Source of the DNA: Sphingobium sp.
GTDB lineage: Bacteria; Pseudomonadota; Alphaproteobacteria; Sphingomonadales; Sphingomonadaceae
Length of the DNA: 64,000 nt
Direction of reading: 5' to 3'
Assembly: GCA_036384035.1 (NCBI GenBank)
Contig: DASVND010000035.1
Location: forward strand, 155,022 to 219,021
The translations under genes and the position numbers were made by a program. Under the pieces are notes generated by a model. It was not told where the DNA came from. It saw only the letters and a program-made list of their open reading frames with translations, and did not search any database. Each line of letters begins with the position of its first letter. The stretch's first letter is position 1. Positions 48,036 to 58,559 of this stretch are shown one piece after another.

Positions 48036-50567
48036 TCAATAAATCCCCCCCTGCTGCTGCAGGAAGTCATTGTCGTTCGTCGGCCTACCCGTCGCGCCGG
48101 TCCTCGCCGCCGCCTTGTCCTGCGCCTCGACCTCTTCCTTGCGGATGGTGCGGCGGGGTTCGGTTTCGGGTTTGAAGGCTTCCCAGATGACCGATGCCTT
48201 GGGGTCATCGGTCGGCCATGCGCCATAGACGCGCTTGCCTGAACGCCGGTCGATGCGGACCATGCGGATGCCGTTGGGGGCGATGAAGGGCGTCTTGGGC
48301 ATGTCTTTGAGGATCGGCGCCATCGCCTGTTTCCAGATCGGTGCGGCGATGCGGCCACCCTGCGCGTAACCGCCGAGACTCCGCGGCGTGTCGTAGCCGA
48401 GATACACGCCGGCGACCAGGTCGGGCGATCCGCCCACGAACCACACATTGGTCGGGCCGTTGGTGGTGCCGGTCTTGCCGAACAGCGGCCGGTCCAGGTC
48501 GCGCAGTGTCGTCGCGGTGCCGCGCTGGATGACGCCTTCGGTGATGTGGACGATCTGATAGGCGGTCATCGGGTTCATCAACTGCCGCCCCTCGTTCGAG
48601 AAGCGCGGCATGGAGCGACCGTCCCAATTGGGCATGTTGCAGCCCTGGCACGGCTGCCAGCGTTCGGGCCAGATCACCTTGCCATGCCGGTCCTGCGCAT
48701 AGTCGATGACCTTGGAATCCAACTGACGCCCGTGGTTGACGAGCATGGCGTAGGCGTTGGTCAGGCGGGCGACGGTGGTCTCGCCCGCGCCCAGCGCGAA
48801 GGAGAGATAGGGCTGATAATCGCCGATCCCCATCGCCTTGATCTCGCGCACAACGCGCTCCATGCCGGTCTGGCTGGCAGCGCGCACGGTCATCAGGTTA
48901 CGCGATTGCTCGATGCCCCAGCGCATCGTTTGCGGCCCCGCGCCGCCGCCGGAGAAGTTGCGGAAGCATTTCTGGCCGAGGCGGATCGACTGGAACACGC
49001 AGAAGGGGCCGTCGACGATGATCGAGGCCGGGGTCATGCCATTGTCGAGCGCGGCGGCGTAGACGAACGGCTTGATCGTGGAGCCGGGCTGGCGCAGCGC
49101 CTGCGTCGCGCGGTTGTAGGAGGAGAGGCGGGCGTCGAACCCGCCCTGCAGCGCGTGGACGCGGCCGCCATGCGTGCTTTCGATCACCATGCCGCCGGAC
49201 ACGCCGGGGATGTTGCGCAGCGCCCAGCCGCCGCCATTCTTCGCCACGACGATCAGGTCGCCGGCTTTGAGCGAATCGAAGGCGGGGCGGTCGGTCTTGC
49301 GGTAGAGCATCTGCGCGGCGGAGGCGGGCAGGGTCCCGGTCGTGCCGTCGGTGAAGCCAAGCTCCGCCGATCCGGCGTCCTTGGACACGACCAGCGCGGC
49401 CTTCCAGTCATTATAGTCGATGCCGATATTGCTGACGGCCAGGTCCCGGCGCCAGTTGTCGCTTAGCTGTATCTCGCCGACCGGGCCGGACCAGCCCTTG
49501 CCCGCGTCATAGCGGATGAGGCCGGCGCGCAGCGCTTCCTCGGCATGGGCCTGCATCGCCGGGTCGAGCGGGCTGCGCACCCACAGGCCGCCGGCATAGA
49601 TGCTGTTGGGGCCGTCCGACGCCTTCTCGCCGAACTTCTCCATCAGGCGGCGGCGGATTTCCTCGATATAATAGCCGCCCGCATTGCCATAGGGCGATCC
49701 GCGCTGGCGCACGGTGCTGAGCGGGGTGGCCAGCGCCTCGCGATATTGCGCGTCGGTGATCCAGTCATTCTTGCGCATCTCGCCCAGCGCCCAGTTGCGC
49801 CGCTCGATCGCGCGCTGATAGCCGGTCTCGCTTTCGGGGCGGTAGTTAGCGGGACCCTTGGGCAGGATGGCGAGATAGGCCATTTCGTTGAGCTTCAGGT
49901 CGGCGACGTCCTTGTCGAAATAGGCGCGCGCGGCCGCCTGCACGCCATAGGCGTTCCGGCCGAGGAAGATCTGGTTGAGATAGAGTTCCAGGATCTGCTG
50001 CTTGGTAAGGACATTCTCCATGCGATAGGCAAGGATCATCTCCTTGATCTTGCGCGTGGGCGAATAGGCGTCGCCGATCAGCAGATTCTTGGCCACCTGC
50101 TGCGTGATGGTGGAGCCGCCCCGCGCGCGTTCGCCGGAGCCGAACTTGCGCGCATAGTCGAACACCGCGCCGAAGAAGCCGGGGATGTCGACGCCGTGAT
50201 GGCTGAAGAAGGTCTTGTCCTCCGCCGCCAGATAGGCGTGGATCAGCATCGGCGGGAAATCGGCATATTGCAGCTGGACGCGCCGCTCGCGGGCATAGCT
50301 GTAGACCGGCTGGCCGTTCACGTCGCGCACGATGGTGGGCAGCGGCGGCTCATAGGCGAGCAGGGTGCGCGCATCGGGCAGGTCCCGCGCGAAGATCACC
50401 CAGAACAGGCCGAACAGGATGAGAAGGCCCGCAAGCAGCCAGATCAGGCGCCGCAGCCACTTGTTGCGAATGCGCCCGCTGAACCAGGACGCTGCGCCCC
50501 CCGCGCCCCTGCGCAGTCGGTACGCCACGTCGCTCTTTTCGGGATTGGTCGTTTCGGCCTCTTCCAT
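48036..50567 (-). CDS. mrcA: Penicillin-binding protein 1A (class A bifunctional PBP)
   Basis: AAEDKTF, GGSTITQQVAKN, RQPGSTIKP (SxxK), SRN, GKTGTT. Confidence 0.95.
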   Translation of the reverse strand: MEEAETTNPEKSDVAYRLRRGAGGAASWFSGRIRNKWLRRLIWLLAGLLILFGLFWVIFARDLPDARTLLAYEPPLPTIVRDVNGQPVYSYARERRVQLQYADFPPMLIHAYLAAEDKTFFSHHGVDIPGFFGAVFDYARKFGSGERARGGSTITQQVAKNLLIGDAYSPTRKIKEMILAYRMENVLTKQQILELYLNQIFLGRNAYGVQAAARAYFDKDVADLKLNEMAYLAILPKGPANYRPESETGYQRAIERRNWALGEMRKNDWITDAQYREALATPLSTVRQRGSPYGNAGGYYIEEIRRRLMEKFGEKASDGPNSIYAGGLWVRSPLDPAMQAHAEEALRAGLIRYDAGKGWSGPVGEIQLSDNWRRDLAVSNIGIDYNDWKAALVVSKDAGSAELGFTDGTTGTLPASAAQMLYRKTDRPAFDSLKAGDLIVVAKNGGGWALRNIPGVSGGMVIESTHGGRVHALQGGFDARLSSYNRATQALRQPGSTIKPFVYAAALDNGMTPASIIVDGPFCVFQSIRLGQKCFRNFSGGGAGPQTMRWGIEQSRNLMTVRAASQTGMERVVREIKAMGIGDYQPYLSFALGAGETTVARLTNAYAMLVNHGRQLDSKVIDYAQDRHGKVIWPERWQPCQGCNMPNWDGRSMPRFSNEGRQLMNPMTAYQIVHITEGVIQRGTATTLRDLDRPLFGKTGTTNGPTNVWFVGGSPDLVAGVYLGYDTPRSLGGYAQGGRIAAPIWKQAMAPILKDMPKTPFIAPNGIRMVRIDRRSGKRVYGAWPTDDPKASVIWEAFKPETEPRRTIRKEEVEAQDKAAARTGATGRPTNDNDFLQQQGGIY

Positions 50568-50656
50568 ACCGGACAGGGCTCTAGGGAAATCCGGAGCGCT
50601 TTGCCAGTGGGGATCGACAGGCGGTGGGAGAGAAGGGCGCGGCGATTATCTACCGC

Positions 50657-51295
50657 TTATGCGTCGCTGCTGTTCAGCTTTTCCCAGAGCGAGGGCGTGG
50701 TCGATTTCTGGACGAAGGCGCTGGCGTTGGCGCGGGTGCTGTCGCTCCATCCGCGCGCCTCGCGTTCCTCGTCGCTCATAGCGTCGAACTGGCTGACCAT
50801 CTGGCTGCTATAGGCGGCGATGCCCGCCGTGCCGCCGCCCGACGCCATGGTGGACTTGGCGAATTCCTCCTGCGTGCGCGTGCGCAGCTCGGCCTTGGCG
50901 GCCATGACCTCCGACCGGCTGAATGCGCCCGTCCGGTTAAGCGCGATCGCCGCGACGGCGCGGCCGGACAGGGACGACAGGTCGGGCGAGGTCCCGCTTT
51001 TGCCCGCTTTCTTCTGCGCTGCATATTGGCTGTTCAGCGTCACGCGGACTTCGGCCGAGAGGGTGGCGAAGTCCTTGGCATTGTCGTCCTTGGCCTGCGC
51101 GGCGGCGAGGGCCTCGGCGGAAATGGACACGTCCGACTGGGTCGACGCGGCTGGCGTGGTTGCGCTTGGCGACGTCGATTGGGCTGCAGTCGCCTTGGCC
51201 GTTGCGAGCACCTTCTGCGCGGCGGCGCTCAGGCCGCTGCTGGTGTAGGTCTGGCTGGATTGCGTGCTGGTGGTGAGCAGGGACAGCAATGTCAT
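50657..51295 (-). CDS. Ser/Thr/Ala-rich hypothetical protein
   Basis: 212-aa ORF with host-like codon usage and GAAGGA RBS; low-complexity N-terminus. Confidence 0.7.
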   Translation of the reverse strand: MTLLSLLTTSTQSSQTYTSSGLSAAAQKVLATAKATAAQSTSPSATTPAASTQSDVSISAEALAAAQAKDDNAKDFATLSAEVRVTLNSQYAAQKKAGKSGTSPDLSSLSGRAVAAIALNRTGAFSRSEVMAAKAELRTRTQEEFAKSTMASGGGTAGIAAYSSQMVSQFDAMSDEEREARGWSDSTRANASAFVQKSTTPSLWEKLNSSDA

Positions 51296-51367
51296 GGCCG
51301 ATCCTTCGATAGACAGGCCGTTGAAACTAGAGCGCCGTGGTTAACAAAGGGTTATGTTCGCCGTCCG

Positions 51368-52276
51368 CTACTTCGCGACCAGCCGTTTGGCGAAGTGAAC
51401 CTCAATTGCTTTCGCGACGCCCTTGGCGATCTTGTCCTGCCCCTCCGCGGAGGCGAGCGCGGCCGAATCGTCCGCATTGCTGATATAGCCCGTCTCGAAC
51501 AGCACAGACGGCGTGTCGGGCGCCTTCAGCACGATCAGCGAGGCGAAGCGGTGATAGGTGGTGCGGAAGGTGACATAGGGCGCGGCCTCCCGCTGCAGCA
51601 GCCGGGCGAAACTGGCCGACGTGGCCATCGTCTCCCGCTGTGTCAGGTCGATCAGGATGGATGAGACGTCGCTGCTCTGGTTGCCCAGATTGACGCCGTT
51701 GATGATGTCCGCCTTGTTTTCCCGCGCCGCCAGCCGCGCCGCCTCCCGGTCCGACGCGGTTTCCGACAGCGTGTAGACGGTCGCGCCCCGGGCGTCGGGG
51801 TTTTCCGCCGCGTCCGCATGGACGGAGATGAACAGGTCGGCATTCATGCGCCGGGCGATGCCATAGCGTTCCTGCAAGATCAGGAAGCGGTCGTCGTCGC
51901 GGGTCAGCGCCACCCGCACCCGGCCGGATTTCAACAGCTCGCCCCGGATCGCCTGGGCGATCGCCAGGGTGATGTCCTTCTCGCGCCGCCCGGTCGTCTT
52001 GTTGATCGCGCCCGGATCATGGCCGCCATGGCCGGCGTCGATGACGACCAGCGGCCGCGATGTGTCGCGTGGCCCCTGTATGGGCGGCAGGGTGATGCCC
52101 TGCGCGGTCGCGGGAATCGGCACGGTGATGCTGTGGGTCCGGCGTGGCGGCCGCATCATGCCCGCCGGATTGCCTGCCCCGATCCCCGCAAGCGCAGGCA
52201 GGCCGGCTGGCATGGATTGGGCCGGCGTGGGTTGGGTCGTGAGCAGCGCGACCGCCAGGGCAAGACAGGGGAACAT
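51368..52276 (-). CDS. amiC: N-acetylmuramoyl-L-alanine amidase (Amidase_3)
   Basis: VIDAGHGGHDPGA, EK, FISVHADA, VLFETGYISN. Confidence 0.88.
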   Translation of the reverse strand: MFPCLALAVALLTTQPTPAQSMPAGLPALAGIGAGNPAGMMRPPRRTHSITVPIPATAQGITLPPIQGPRDTSRPLVVIDAGHGGHDPGAINKTTGRREKDITLAIAQAIRGELLKSGRVRVALTRDDDRFLILQERYGIARRMNADLFISVHADAAENPDARGATVYTLSETASDREAARLAARENKADIINGVNLGNQSSDVSSILIDLTQRETMATSASFARLLQREAAPYVTFRTTYHRFASLIVLKAPDTPSVLFETGYISNADDSAALASAEGQDKIAKGVAKAIEVHFAKRLVAK

Positions 52277-52365
52277 GGCGTGCTTGTGCTACTGCATCCG
52301 GTGTGCCGTCCAGCCGAATTTCACGGTGGATTGGAACGGGCATATTCCCGGTGTTTCATGGGAAA

Positions 52366-52381
52366 TTAAGACAATCTTAAC
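52366..52381. promoter_or_regulatory. CtrA box upstream of the amidase
   Basis: TTAA-GACAATC-TTAAC, a perfect TTAA-N7-TTAAC about 90 nt upstream of the amidase start. Confidence 0.7.
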
Positions 52382-52788
52382 CATATCGGCGCCATTGCCG
52401 GGACAGGATGATGGCGTTCCAGCAAAAACGTTGCGCGTTTGCGTCACCGCTGCTACCCATCATCAATCCTGAAAAGTCCGTTCCAAAACGGCACACTGTC
52501 AGGGCTTTAACGATCGCCAATTTCGTGGCGATCCAACAGGTTGACGCTGCATGAGGCATTTTTCCACGTCCCCGAACGGCCCGCTTCCGGGTCCACGGGC
52601 GTGGACGGCCAAAGCCTGGCATGGCGACATCGCCTGCCCTGCCTTTGCAGCAGACGCGAACACTATCCTGCAAACCCGGACGCCGCCGCAGCACTCGCAC
52701 AAGGTCGCATGCTGCCCGCGGAAGTCCCTTTTTATCAGCATGGCCGCCCGGCCCCGCGTCGCGGCCCGCCATGCCCGGAGTATTATAC

Positions 52789-55479
52789 ATGACATTGCGT
52801 ATGCTGATCGATGCGCGCCACCGGGAAGAAACCCGCGTCGCCATCGTCAAGGGAAACCGGATCGAGGAGTTTGACTTCGAATCCGCTGAGCACAAGCAGC
52901 TCAAGGGAAATATCTATCTTGCCAAGGTAACCCGGGTCGAACCGTCGCTTCAGGCGGCGTTCGTCGATTATGGCGGCAACCGCCACGGCTTCCTGGCCTT
53001 TTCGGAAATCCACCCGGACTATTACCAGATCCCGCGTGAGGACAAGATGGCGCTCCTCGCCGAGGAAGCCCAGCATGCGGCGGAAGAAGCCGCGCTGCGC
53101 GCCGATGACGATGATGACGACGACCATGATCATGACCATGATCATGGCAGCGTCGTCGATGTCGATCACCCGCATGACGACGAGGATGAAGCGCATGAGG
53201 GCGGCGAGGGCGAAGAGTCCGCGCCCCGCCCCGCACGCTCCGGTCGCGGCAATGACGATGCTGCCGACGAACTGCGCCGCAAGCGCATGTCGCTGCGCCG
53301 CCGTTACAAGATCCAGGACGTCATCAAGCGCCGCCAGGTGCTGCTGGTGCAGGTCGTCAAGGAAGAGCGCGGCAACAAGGGCGCTGCGCTGACCACCTAT
53401 CTGTCGCTGGCCGGCCGCTATTGCGTGCTGATGCCCAACACGTCGCATGGCGGCGGCATCAGCCGGAAAATCAGCAACGCGGCGGACCGCAAGCGGCTGA
53501 AGACCATCATCGCCGAAATGGCGCTGCCCTCCACCATGGGCTGCATCGTCCGCACCGCCGGGCTGCAGCGCACCAAGGTCGAGATCAAGCGCGACTTTGA
53601 CTATCTCGCCCGCCTGTGGGACGAGATCCGCGAGAATACGCTCAAGGCCGCCGCGCCTGCGCTGATCCATAACGACAGCGACCTCATCAAGCGGGCGATC
53701 CGCGATATCTACAACAAGGATATCGAGGAAGTGATCGTCGAGGGCGAGCATGGCTACAAGGCCGCCAAGGACTTCATGCGCCTGCTGATGCCCAGCCATG
53801 GGCGGCGGGTAAAGCCCTATGCCGATGCAGTGTCGCTGTTCCAGCGCTTCGGCGTCGAGGATCAGCTGGCCGCCATGTATCATCCGGTCGTACAGCTGAA
53901 ATCGGGCGGCTATCTGGTCATCAACCCGACCGAGGCGCTGGTGTCGATCGACATCAACTCCGGCCGGTCGACGCGCGAACATGGCATCGAGCAGACTGCC
54001 GTCGCCACCAATCTGGAGGCCGCGCGAGAGATCGCCCGGCAGCTGCGCCTGCGCGACATGGCCGGCCTTGTCGTCATCGACTTCATCGACATGGAAGTGA
54101 ACGGCAACGTTCGCAAGGTCGAGAAGGCGATGAAGGAAGCGCTGAAGGACGACCGCGCCCGCATCCAGGTCGGCCGCATTTCCGGCTTCGGCCTGATGGA
54201 GATGAGCCGCCAACGCCTGCGCACCGGCGTGCTCGAGGCATCGACCCGCGAATGTCCGCATTGCGAAGGCACCGGCCTTGTCCGCACGGCGTCGTCGGCG
54301 GGCCTGTCGGCGCTCCGCATGCTGGAGGAAGAGGCCGCGCGCGGCCGTGGCACCTTCATCGTGCTGCGCGCCAGCCAGGAAGCGGCTTTCTACGTCCTCA
54401 ACAACAAGCGTCGCGAACTGGACGAGATCGAGATGCGCTACGGCGTGTCGATCAATATCCTGCCCGATGGCGAGGTCGAAGGCGCGCGCATGTCGGTGGA
54501 GGCCAGTGGTCCCCGCCCGACGCAGGTCGTGACCTATGCGCCGATCGTCGAGGATGATGACGATCTGGACCTGCCCGAGGAAGAGCTGGACGAGGAAGAG
54601 GAAGCCGAGGAGGCTTCCGACGAGTCTGAGCGCCGCGAACCGCGCGGAGACGGTGATCGGGATGGCGACGGCGCGCGCCGTGGTCGCCGCCGCCGCCGCC
54701 GTGGCCGCCGCAACCGTCGCGATGACGAGCAGGGCGGCGAGGGCGCAGCGTCCGAGGCATCCGAGGGTGAAGGCGAGGCCGAGGAATCGGACGCCGAGGC
54801 CGGTGAGGAAGAGCGCGGCGAAGTGACGGCGGAAGACGGAGGCGAAGCCCGCCGCCGTGGCCGTCGCGGTCGCCGTGGTGGCCGCCGCCGCCGTGGTGGC
54901 GAGGGTGAAGGCTCCGCCGAGCAGGGTGATGCCGGGCAGGATGGCGAAGCCGAAACCCCCGACGGGGAAGCGCCAGCCGCCGAACCAGTCGTGGCTGAGG
55001 TCGCCGCCGAGGCCGAGCCTGAGGAAGCCGCAGCGCCCAAGACGCGCCGCCGTCCCCGCGCTCGCAAGGCAGCTGCGGCGGCTGAAGCTCCGGTCGAAGC
55101 GGTCGCCGCTGAGATGGAGGCTTTCGTTGAAACGCCGGTTGCAGAGGTTGCCGCCGAAGCGCCCGCCAAGCCGAAGCGCAGCCGCGCCAAGAAGGTGACG
55201 CCTGCGGCCGAACCCGTAGCGGTAGAGGCAGTCGACGAGCCGGTGGCCGCCGAGCCGGAGGCCGAAGCGCCCGCCGCGAAGCCGAAGCGGACCCGCGCCA
55301 AGAAGGCCGCGCCGGTCGTCGAGGAGGCGCCGGCCGAAGAGGCTTCCGCTCCGGAACCCACGCCCAGCCTTGCCAGCGCCAACACCGGCGAGTTCGTCAG
55401 CGGTGCGCCTTCGGAAGAAGAGACCGAGGAAGACGGCACGCCGCGCCGCGGCTGGTGGCAGCGCACATTTGGTGCGTAA
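52789..55479 (+). CDS. rne: Ribonuclease E
   Basis: RMLIDA...GNIYLAKVTRVEPSLQAAFVDYG, DINSG, IDFIDM, CPHCEG; charged disordered C-terminus. ATG at 52789 with GGAG. Confidence 0.96.
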   Translation: MTLRMLIDARHREETRVAIVKGNRIEEFDFESAEHKQLKGNIYLAKVTRVEPSLQAAFVDYGGNRHGFLAFSEIHPDYYQIPREDKMALLAEEAQHAAEEAALRADDDDDDDHDHDHDHGSVVDVDHPHDDEDEAHEGGEGEESAPRPARSGRGNDDAADELRRKRMSLRRRYKIQDVIKRRQVLLVQVVKEERGNKGAALTTYLSLAGRYCVLMPNTSHGGGISRKISNAADRKRLKTIIAEMALPSTMGCIVRTAGLQRTKVEIKRDFDYLARLWDEIRENTLKAAAPALIHNDSDLIKRAIRDIYNKDIEEVIVEGEHGYKAAKDFMRLLMPSHGRRVKPYADAVSLFQRFGVEDQLAAMYHPVVQLKSGGYLVINPTEALVSIDINSGRSTREHGIEQTAVATNLEAAREIARQLRLRDMAGLVVIDFIDMEVNGNVRKVEKAMKEALKDDRARIQVGRISGFGLMEMSRQRLRTGVLEASTRECPHCEGTGLVRTASSAGLSALRMLEEEAARGRGTFIVLRASQEAAFYVLNNKRRELDEIEMRYGVSINILPDGEVEGARMSVEASGPRPTQVVTYAPIVEDDDDLDLPEEELDEEEEAEEASDESERREPRGDGDRDGDGARRGRRRRRRGRRNRRDDEQGGEGAASEASEGEGEAEESDAEAGEEERGEVTAEDGGEARRRGRRGRRGGRRRRGGEGEGSAEQGDAGQDGEAETPDGEAPAAEPVVAEVAAEAEPEEAAAPKTRRRPRARKAAAAAEAPVEAVAAEMEAFVETPVAEVAAEAPAKPKRSRAKKVTPAAEPVAVEAVDEPVAAEPEAEAPAAKPKRTRAKKAAPVVEEAPAEEASAPEPTPSLASANTGEFVSGAPSEEETEEDGTPRRGWWQRTFGA

Positions 55480-55595
55480 GGGCGGCGCATAAAGGCATAG
55501 ACGCCCGGCCCCTTCCGCCCGAAGATTGCTTCGCGCGGCGGGGGCCGGACGCCTTTCACGCGGCGTTCATCGCCCTTCTGTCAGGAGGCGCAGGC

Positions 55596-56987
55596 ATGAC
55601 GGGACAATCCGCTCCGAACGCCCTGCCCGGCGGCAGGACGCTGCTTCGCCTGCTCGCTATTCTTCTATGCACTTTCGCTCTGCTGGCCCGTCCGGCGGCG
55701 GCGCAGCAGATCTTGCGCGACGCGGAAACCGAAGCGCTCTTCAACGACATTTCCCGCCCGCTCATCAGCGCGGCGAAGCTGGACCCCAAAAATGTCCAGG
55801 TCCTGCTGATCAACGATCCGGAGATCAACGCCTTCGTCGCGGGTGGGCAATATGTGTGGATTCACAGCGGCCTGATCGCGTCGGCGGACGACGTCAACCA
55901 AGTGCAGGGCGTTATCGCCCATGAGCTGGGCCATATCGAGGGCGGTCACATCATCCGCTCATCGGAGGGCATCAAGACCGCGACCAACATCACCCTGCTC
56001 AGCCTGGTCCTGGGCGCGGCCGCCATCGCGGCGGGCGGCGGCGAGGCGGGCATGGGCATCATGGCCGCCGGGCAGCAGGCGGCGATGGGCAAATATCTCG
56101 CCTTTTCCCGCACGCAGGAAAGCTCCGCCGACCTTGCCGGTGCGCGCTATCTGAGCGCCGCCGGGATTAGCGGCAAAGGCAGCCTCGCCTTCTTCAAGAA
56201 GCTGCAGAACCAGGAATATCGCCTCGCCATCCCGCAGGACGACAGCTATGCGCGCACCCATCCGCTGTCGGGCGAGCGTATCGCGGTGCTGCGCGAAGTC
56301 TATGAGCCTGACCCGGCCTGGAACGCGCCGATCAATCCGACGCTGGAGCAGCGGTTCGAGCGGGTGAAGGCGAAGCTGGTCGGCTTCGTGTCCGACCCGC
56401 CCCGCACCCTGCAACTCTATCCGGAGACCGACAAGTCGATCCCCGCGCACTACGCCCGCGCCTATGCGTGGCACAAGAGCGCCTATCCCGACAAGGCGAT
56501 GGCGGAGGTGCAGGCGCTGCTCGCCGCCTATCCGCACGACCCCTATTTCCTGGAGCTCGAGGGGCAGATCCTGCTCGAAAGCGGCCACCCGGCCGAGGCG
56601 ATCCCGCCATTGCGGGAGGCGGTTGCGCAGTCCAACAATCAGCCGCTGATCTCCGTGCTGCTGGGTCATGCGCTGATCGCCACCGAGGATGACAGGAATT
56701 TCAAGGAGGCCGAACAGGTGCTCCGCACGGCCATCGCCCGCGACCGGGAAAACCCCTTCGCCTGGTATCAGCTCGGCGTCGTCTATGAGCATCGCGGCGA
56801 CACGCCGCGCGCCGCGCTCGCCACCGCCGAACGCTATAATATGGAAGGCAACAACCAGCTTGCCCTGCTGAACGCCGATCAGGCGATGCAGGGCCTGAAG
56901 GAAGGCACGACGGACTGGCTGCGCGCGCAGGATATCGCCATGGTGTCGCGCGCCGCCGTCGACGCCAACCGGAAGAAGAAGAGATGA
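55596..56987 (+). CDS. M48-family metalloprotease with TPR repeats (BepA/YfgC-like)
   Basis: INAFV, HELGH (HExxH), E..AD, THP; AGGAGG RBS. Confidence 0.9.
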   Translation: MTGQSAPNALPGGRTLLRLLAILLCTFALLARPAAAQQILRDAETEALFNDISRPLISAAKLDPKNVQVLLINDPEINAFVAGGQYVWIHSGLIASADDVNQVQGVIAHELGHIEGGHIIRSSEGIKTATNITLLSLVLGAAAIAAGGGEAGMGIMAAGQQAAMGKYLAFSRTQESSADLAGARYLSAAGISGKGSLAFFKKLQNQEYRLAIPQDDSYARTHPLSGERIAVLREVYEPDPAWNAPINPTLEQRFERVKAKLVGFVSDPPRTLQLYPETDKSIPAHYARAYAWHKSAYPDKAMAEVQALLAAYPHDPYFLELEGQILLESGHPAEAIPPLREAVAQSNNQPLISVLLGHALIATEDDRNFKEAEQVLRTAIARDRENPFAWYQLGVVYEHRGDTPRAALATAERYNMEGNNQLALLNADQAMQGLKEGTTDWLRAQDIAMVSRAAVDANRKKKR

Positions 56988-57757
56988 CCACACCCCCGCC
57001 CGGTTTCCGGGCTGCCCTATCGAACAGGACCATACAGATGATGCTAGGCGGAACCGTCTTTGTCGCGGCGGCTGCGACCGCCGCGCTTGCCATGCAGGCC
57101 CCCGCTGCGGTGAGCGCCACGGACAAGGCGGCGATCGAGAAGATCGTCCACGACTATATCCTGGAGCATCCCGAGATCATCCCGCAGGCGATCGAGAAGC
57201 TGCAGGGCAAGCGCACCGGCGCGATGATCGGCGAGAACCGCTCGGCGATCGAAACCCCGTTCGCGGGCGCTTGGGAAGGTGCGGCGAAGGGCGATGTCAC
57301 CGTCGTCGAATTTTTCGACTATGCCTGCGGCTATTGCCGCGCCTCGCTCCCCGATCTGGCCAAGCTGGTCGAGACCGACAAGGGCGTGAAGATCGTCTAT
57401 CGCGAGCTGCCGATCATCTCCGCCGCCAGCCCCGACGCCGCCAAGGTCAGCCTGCTCGCGGCGGAGAGGGGCAAATATATCCCCTTCCACCGGGCGCTCT
57501 ATGCGGGCGGCAAGGTGACGCGCGACACCATCTTCGCCGCCGCCGCCAGCGTCGGCATCGACCGCAAGGCGGCCGAGGCGGCGATGGTGTCCAAGACCTA
57601 CGATGCGGAGATCGAATCCAACATCAAGCTGGCCCAGACGCTGCAGGCGAGCGGTACGCCGACCTTCGTGGTGGGCGATCAGGTGCTGAACGGCGCGGTG
57701 GGCTATGAGGCGCTGAAAGCCGCAGTGGACAAGGCGCGGGCAGGGAAGGCGATCTGA
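56984..57757 (+). CDS. DsbA-family thioredoxin-fold protein
   Basis: EFFDYACGYC, GTPTFVVG, N-terminal YILEHPEII. Confidence 0.88.
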   Translation: MTTPPPGFRAALSNRTIQMMLGGTVFVAAAATAALAMQAPAAVSATDKAAIEKIVHDYILEHPEIIPQAIEKLQGKRTGAMIGENRSAIETPFAGAWEGAAKGDVTVVEFFDYACGYCRASLPDLAKLVETDKGVKIVYRELPIISAASPDAAKVSLLAAERGKYIPFHRALYAGGKVTRDTIFAAAASVGIDRKAAEAAMVSKTYDAEIESNIKLAQTLQASGTPTFVVGDQVLNGAVGYEALKAAVDKARAGKAI

Positions 57758-57760
57758 AGA

Positions 57761-57918
57761 ACCCTCTCCCTTCGGGGAGAGGATATGAAGACTTGGGCCA
57801 ATGGCCCTAGTCGCAGTTGGAGAGGGGCTGTGCGCTATCGGGAGGGCGGAACCCCTCACCAACTACCGCTAGGCGGCAAGCCGCCAAGCGTCCATATCCT
57901 CTCCCGGCGGGAGAGGGT
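57761..57918. repeat. Composite palindromic repeat (family C)
   Basis: ACCCTCTCCCTTCGGGGAGAGGATATG ... CATATCCTCTCCCGGCGGGAGAGGGT; same architecture as 20285-20467. Confidence 0.82.
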
Positions 57919-58550
57919 TACGTTGTGCCAAACCCCACCGCCACATCCCCCGCCTTCCACGGCGCCAGCCGCACCATGGCGCGCGCGAACAGGTCTGACC
58001 CCACATGCCCGGCAAGCCAGCGCTGGAGGTTCGGCAAACCCTGCGCGTCGAACCACGCCTGATCGGTCGCCGCAAACTGGCGGATGAAGGGAAACAGAGC
58101 GATGTCGGCCAGGCTCCGCGCATCGCCGCATAGCTGCGCGCGTGCCGACAGCCCCTGGTCGAGACTGTCAAGGATCGCCAGCCCCGCCGCCCGATGCTCC
58201 AGCGGGTCTGACCCGTGCCGGTCGGGATATTTGTAGCGGTCGAGATGATGCTTGAACGGCCCGTCATTGGCCGCGATCAGCCCGGCGTCATCGCCCGCCA
58301 GCCAGCCCTCCGGATCATTCTGCGCCAAGGCCCAGTGCAGGATATCCAGGCTTTCGTCGATCACCGCGCCGTCGGGCAGGACCAGCACCGGCACCGTCCC
58401 CTTGGGCGAAGCGGCCAGCATCTGCGCAGGCTTGTCGCGCAGGACAACCTCGCGGATCTCCACCGCAATCCCGCTCGCCAGCACCCCCATCCGCGCCCGC
58501 ATCGCATAGGGGCAGCGGCGGAAGCTGTAGAGGATGGGGAGCGGGGGCAT
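57918..58550 (-). CDS. Glutathione S-transferase family protein
   Basis: LYSFRRCPYAMRAR, SPKGTVPVL, ESLDI, ADIALFPFIRQF. Confidence 0.92.
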   Translation of the reverse strand: MPPLPILYSFRRCPYAMRARMGVLASGIAVEIREVVLRDKPAQMLAASPKGTVPVLVLPDGAVIDESLDILHWALAQNDPEGWLAGDDAGLIAANDGPFKHHLDRYKYPDRHGSDPLEHRAAGLAILDSLDQGLSARAQLCGDARSLADIALFPFIRQFAATDQAWFDAQGLPNLQRWLAGHVGSDLFARAMVRLAPWKAGDVAVGFGTT

Positions 58551-58559
58551 GGGCGCTTA

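Noticed and set aside
54675-54900. CGCCGC/CGTGGC triplet repeats
   Set aside because: They encode the Arg-rich blocks of the RNase E disordered tail.
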